From positions 1 through 64,000 of the IMG/VR virus record IMGVR_UViG_3300035698_026482: a stretch of DNA of 64,000 bases. One strand, given 5' to 3'. Shown in pieces: positions 61,977 to 64,000 of this stretch (position 1 is the stretch's first letter; the number at the start of each line of letters is the position of its first letter). Position numbers and translations under genes: made by a program. Under the pieces are notes generated by a model. The model was not told the DNA's origin, ran no database searches, and saw only the letters and a list, made by a program, of their open reading frames with translations. The stretch is from a virus.

Positions 61977-62278
61977 ACTGTTCCGCCCTTCATCTTAGTA
62001 GTAGTATACAAAGCCTGCGAAATTCTTGCAATGTCATCTGATAACTGTTGTATACGCTTTTTAACGTTGTATGGGATTCTATTCGCTAGCGGTTCGTGGC
62101 CAGCATTAAGCGTATGGCTTAAATCAACTGAAATCGTATCAAGCTCACCAGCTAACGCGAGAAGCTTATTACCAATATTTTCATAACCTTCCGTTAATGA
62201 CGGAACATTCCGTTCATGGACAGCTTCTGCAATCGTGCTTCTAATGATGCTACGCAATCTTTCTTTAGTAATCTTCAC
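61973..62278 (-). CDS. IIREE-like protein
   Basis: MKITKERLRSIIRSTIAEAVHE; GTG start with AGGAG Shine-Dalgarno. Confidence 0.7.
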   Translation of the reverse strand: MKITKERLRSIIRSTIAEAVHERNVPSLTEGYENIGNKLLALAGELDTISVDLSHTLNAGHEPLANRIPYNVKKRIQQLSDDIARISQALYTTTKMKGGTV

Positions 62279-62332
62279 GTTGTCTCCTAACGCCTTTTTA
62301 TGTTTACCCTATGTTTCCCAATTGGGTGGGAC

Positions 62333-62369
62333 AAAAGCCCTCACGAAGTCATGTGAGATTCGTGAGGAC
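62333..62369 (-). terminator. Rho-independent terminator after the tail sheath gene
   Basis: GTCCTCACGAA-N11-TTCGTGAGGGC followed by TTTT. Confidence 0.75.
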
Positions 62370-62376
62370 GTGTGAC

Positions 62377-64000
62377 CTAGCTTAATCCGCCCTGGTTGGT
62401 AATTACGAAATCGAGATCAATGAATTCTGCGACCTTCGTAGGCTTGAGGAAGATTTTTCCTCTAATCGTATTATTTTCAATGTCTGCTTGACTGGTTGTC
62501 GTTGCGTCGATAATCACGCGGAATCCGTCGAGACCCTGTTGTTCTTGAACGCGTTGCAGAATTGGGTTTACCAACGCAGAGAATCGACGAAGCGTTTCTT
62601 CACGATTTGGCTCGAATAGGATGCTATTTGAAACTGTGCGCACTTCACGGCGAATTTCAATAAGCAAGCGGCGAACATTGATTCGATCAAGTGAGCTTTG
62701 CGCACGCTTGAGCGTCTTTTGTCCCCATGTTACAATGCCTTCCGATCCTGGAAAGCTAACGATTGGGTTAATATCAACGTCATATAGATCGTCCATATTC
62801 GCACGTGAAAGCTTGACTGCTGTATCAACAGTAGTTTCAAGCACGCCACGTTTATAACCGGCAGGTGCAAACCATGGACGGGCCACGGAGTCGTTCAATG
62901 ACATGGCACCAAGTGCAACAACCGAAGGTGGTACACGGGTCTCTAGACCATTGAATGGATCGATCATTACAACGTCCGGGTAGTACGCGGCTGCAAAGCT
63001 CGAATCAAGTGCGCGAGCCGAGAAAGCATTTGCTGTATTACCAACAGATTGTGGCTGATCAGCCGAGCTCGTGACAACATTGTTGAGGGAATCTCTTTCC
63101 TCAATATCCATGATTGCCAATGCATCAAATCGTGTTTCTGTCGTATTGATCAATTGATCAGTGATGATTTCATGACGCATACCTGGGATTGCAAGAAGCT
63201 TAACATCAACTTCTGTCGTATTACCCATCAGATCAAGGGCCTTAGTATATGCCTTAACAGTTGGGCCTTCGTTCTGGCCGCGGGCAACATATGTCATCTC
63301 CTCATTAACGGCCTTGTCATTCATTGCGGTGGCGTCAGTATCAAAGATATTAACACCATCATATCCGCCTTGAAGAAAGAATGAGAACTTGACAACATTC
63401 TTAACTGCTAGCGAAGCAAGGTCTGTATCTGCTACAAGCGCCCTTGTTTTATTTGCTGCGTTGCTAACAATGCCACCTGCACGTTGATAAGTCCAATCCG
63501 CAAGATACTTTGTTGATGCGAGACCGTCTGTACCTGTAACAACCTGAATGTTTTCAAGCGAAAAGAGATTGTTGTTATACCTGTCTGCGTCGATAATTCC
63601 GTTTGCGGCTGTATCTAGTGCACCCTCGTTATCGCCAACAAGGAAATTCTGCCATGACGCTTGAAAGTCAGGATAGTATTGCGTGTATGTTCCAACTGTT
63701 GGTTCACTTCGCTTGCCAAGATTTGGTTCTGCTGTCGAAATTTGTGCCTCGAAATGTACGCCCCAATAGAAATCTTTATTGGAGTCTTTCTTTTGTCCCG
63801 TTCCAACCGCAATTGTACGTCTATACGGTACTGGAGGCTCTGCGATAGCGTTCAATACACCTGATGTTGCGGCAAGCGAATCTGCATCATTTGCAGACGT
63901 TGCAAGTGGTGCAGACCCAGATAGTGAAAGGTGGCGAGGGCCGCGAAATCCAATTGGAAGCGCGGTTGCATCAATTTCCTTATCATCGACTTCACTTGTA
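62377..64000 (-). CDS. Contractile tail sheath protein (N-terminus outside the window)
   Basis: LQGGYDG, LLAIPG, FAAAYYP, PWFAPAG..RG, INPI..FPG, WGQKTL, LDRINVRRLL, FEPN, EFIDLDF; the frame is open to the window edge. Confidence 0.93.
   Translation of the reverse strand, partial: TSEVDDKEIDATALPIGFRGPRHLSLSGSAPLATSANDADSLAATSGVLNAIAEPPVPYRRTIAVGTGQKKDSNKDFYWGVHFEAQISTAEPNLGKRSEPTVGTYTQYYPDFQASWQNFLVGDNEGALDTAANGIIDADRYNNNLFSLENIQVVTGTDGLASTKYLADWTYQRAGGIVSNAANKTRALVADTDLASLAVKNVVKFSFFLQGGYDGVNIFDTDATAMNDKAVNEEMTYVARGQNEGPTVKAYTKALDLMGNTTEVDVKLLAIPGMRHEIITDQLINTTETRFDALAIMDIEERDSLNNVVTSSADQPQSVGNTANAFSARALDSSFAAAYYPDVVMIDPFNGLETRVPPSVVALGAMSLNDSVARPWFAPAGYKRGVLETTVDTAVKLSRANMDDLYDVDINPIVSFPGSEGIVTWGQKTLKRAQSSLDRINVRRLLIEIRREVRTVSNSILFEPNREETLRRFSALVNPILQRVQEQQGLDGFRVIIDATTTSQADIENNTIRGKIFLKPTKVAEFIDLDFVITNQGGLS

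Noticed and set aside
62339-62367. CCTCACGAA / TTCGTGAGG stem matching the FSSR codon DNA
   Set aside because: It is fully explained as the sheath terminator hairpin with a U-tract; the similarity is probably chance.
1-64000. Stop-codon reassignment as a cause of the many short ORFs
   Set aside because: TAA, TAG and TGA all end genes in tight start/stop overlaps, the long genes are uninterrupted in code 11, and each short ORF ends just after the motif.
1-64000. tRNA or rRNA genes
   Set aside because: No T-loop plus acceptor-stem pattern was seen in intergenic space by eye; the GTTCGAAT matches (near 40112 and 40207) lie in coding sequence. A tRNAscan run would be decisive.

Overview
This window is 64 kb of a large (jumbo-type) tailed-phage genome read in the standard genetic code, almost entirely on the minus strand. 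The replication and nucleotide module has a DnaE-type polymerase fractured into at least 5 genes (one cis intein, three split inteins, four intervening endonuclease genes). It also has a class II ribonucleotide reductase split by a further split intein, an intein-containing DnaB helicase, a 5'-3' exonuclease, dUTPase, RecA, SSB, a small family-A polymerase, thymidylate kinase, ClpP and an HD protein. A contractile-tail module holds the sheath, tube, assembly chaperones, tape measure and baseplate-like genes, plus acidic proteins that share an IIREE-type motif. The most unusual signal is a family of about 40 microprotein genes (44-95 aa), mostly translationally coupled, in three tandem arrays plus two solo copies. 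Their middles are unrelated but they share a near-C-terminal F-S-S-R-[K/R] motif (31 genes) or a variant F-[S/V/I]-S-[A/C] motif (9 genes). The motif is conserved at the protein level, since Ser is encoded by both TCN and AGY. The arrays show recent duplication and frameshift events. All calls come from motif recognition by eye; no database searches were run.
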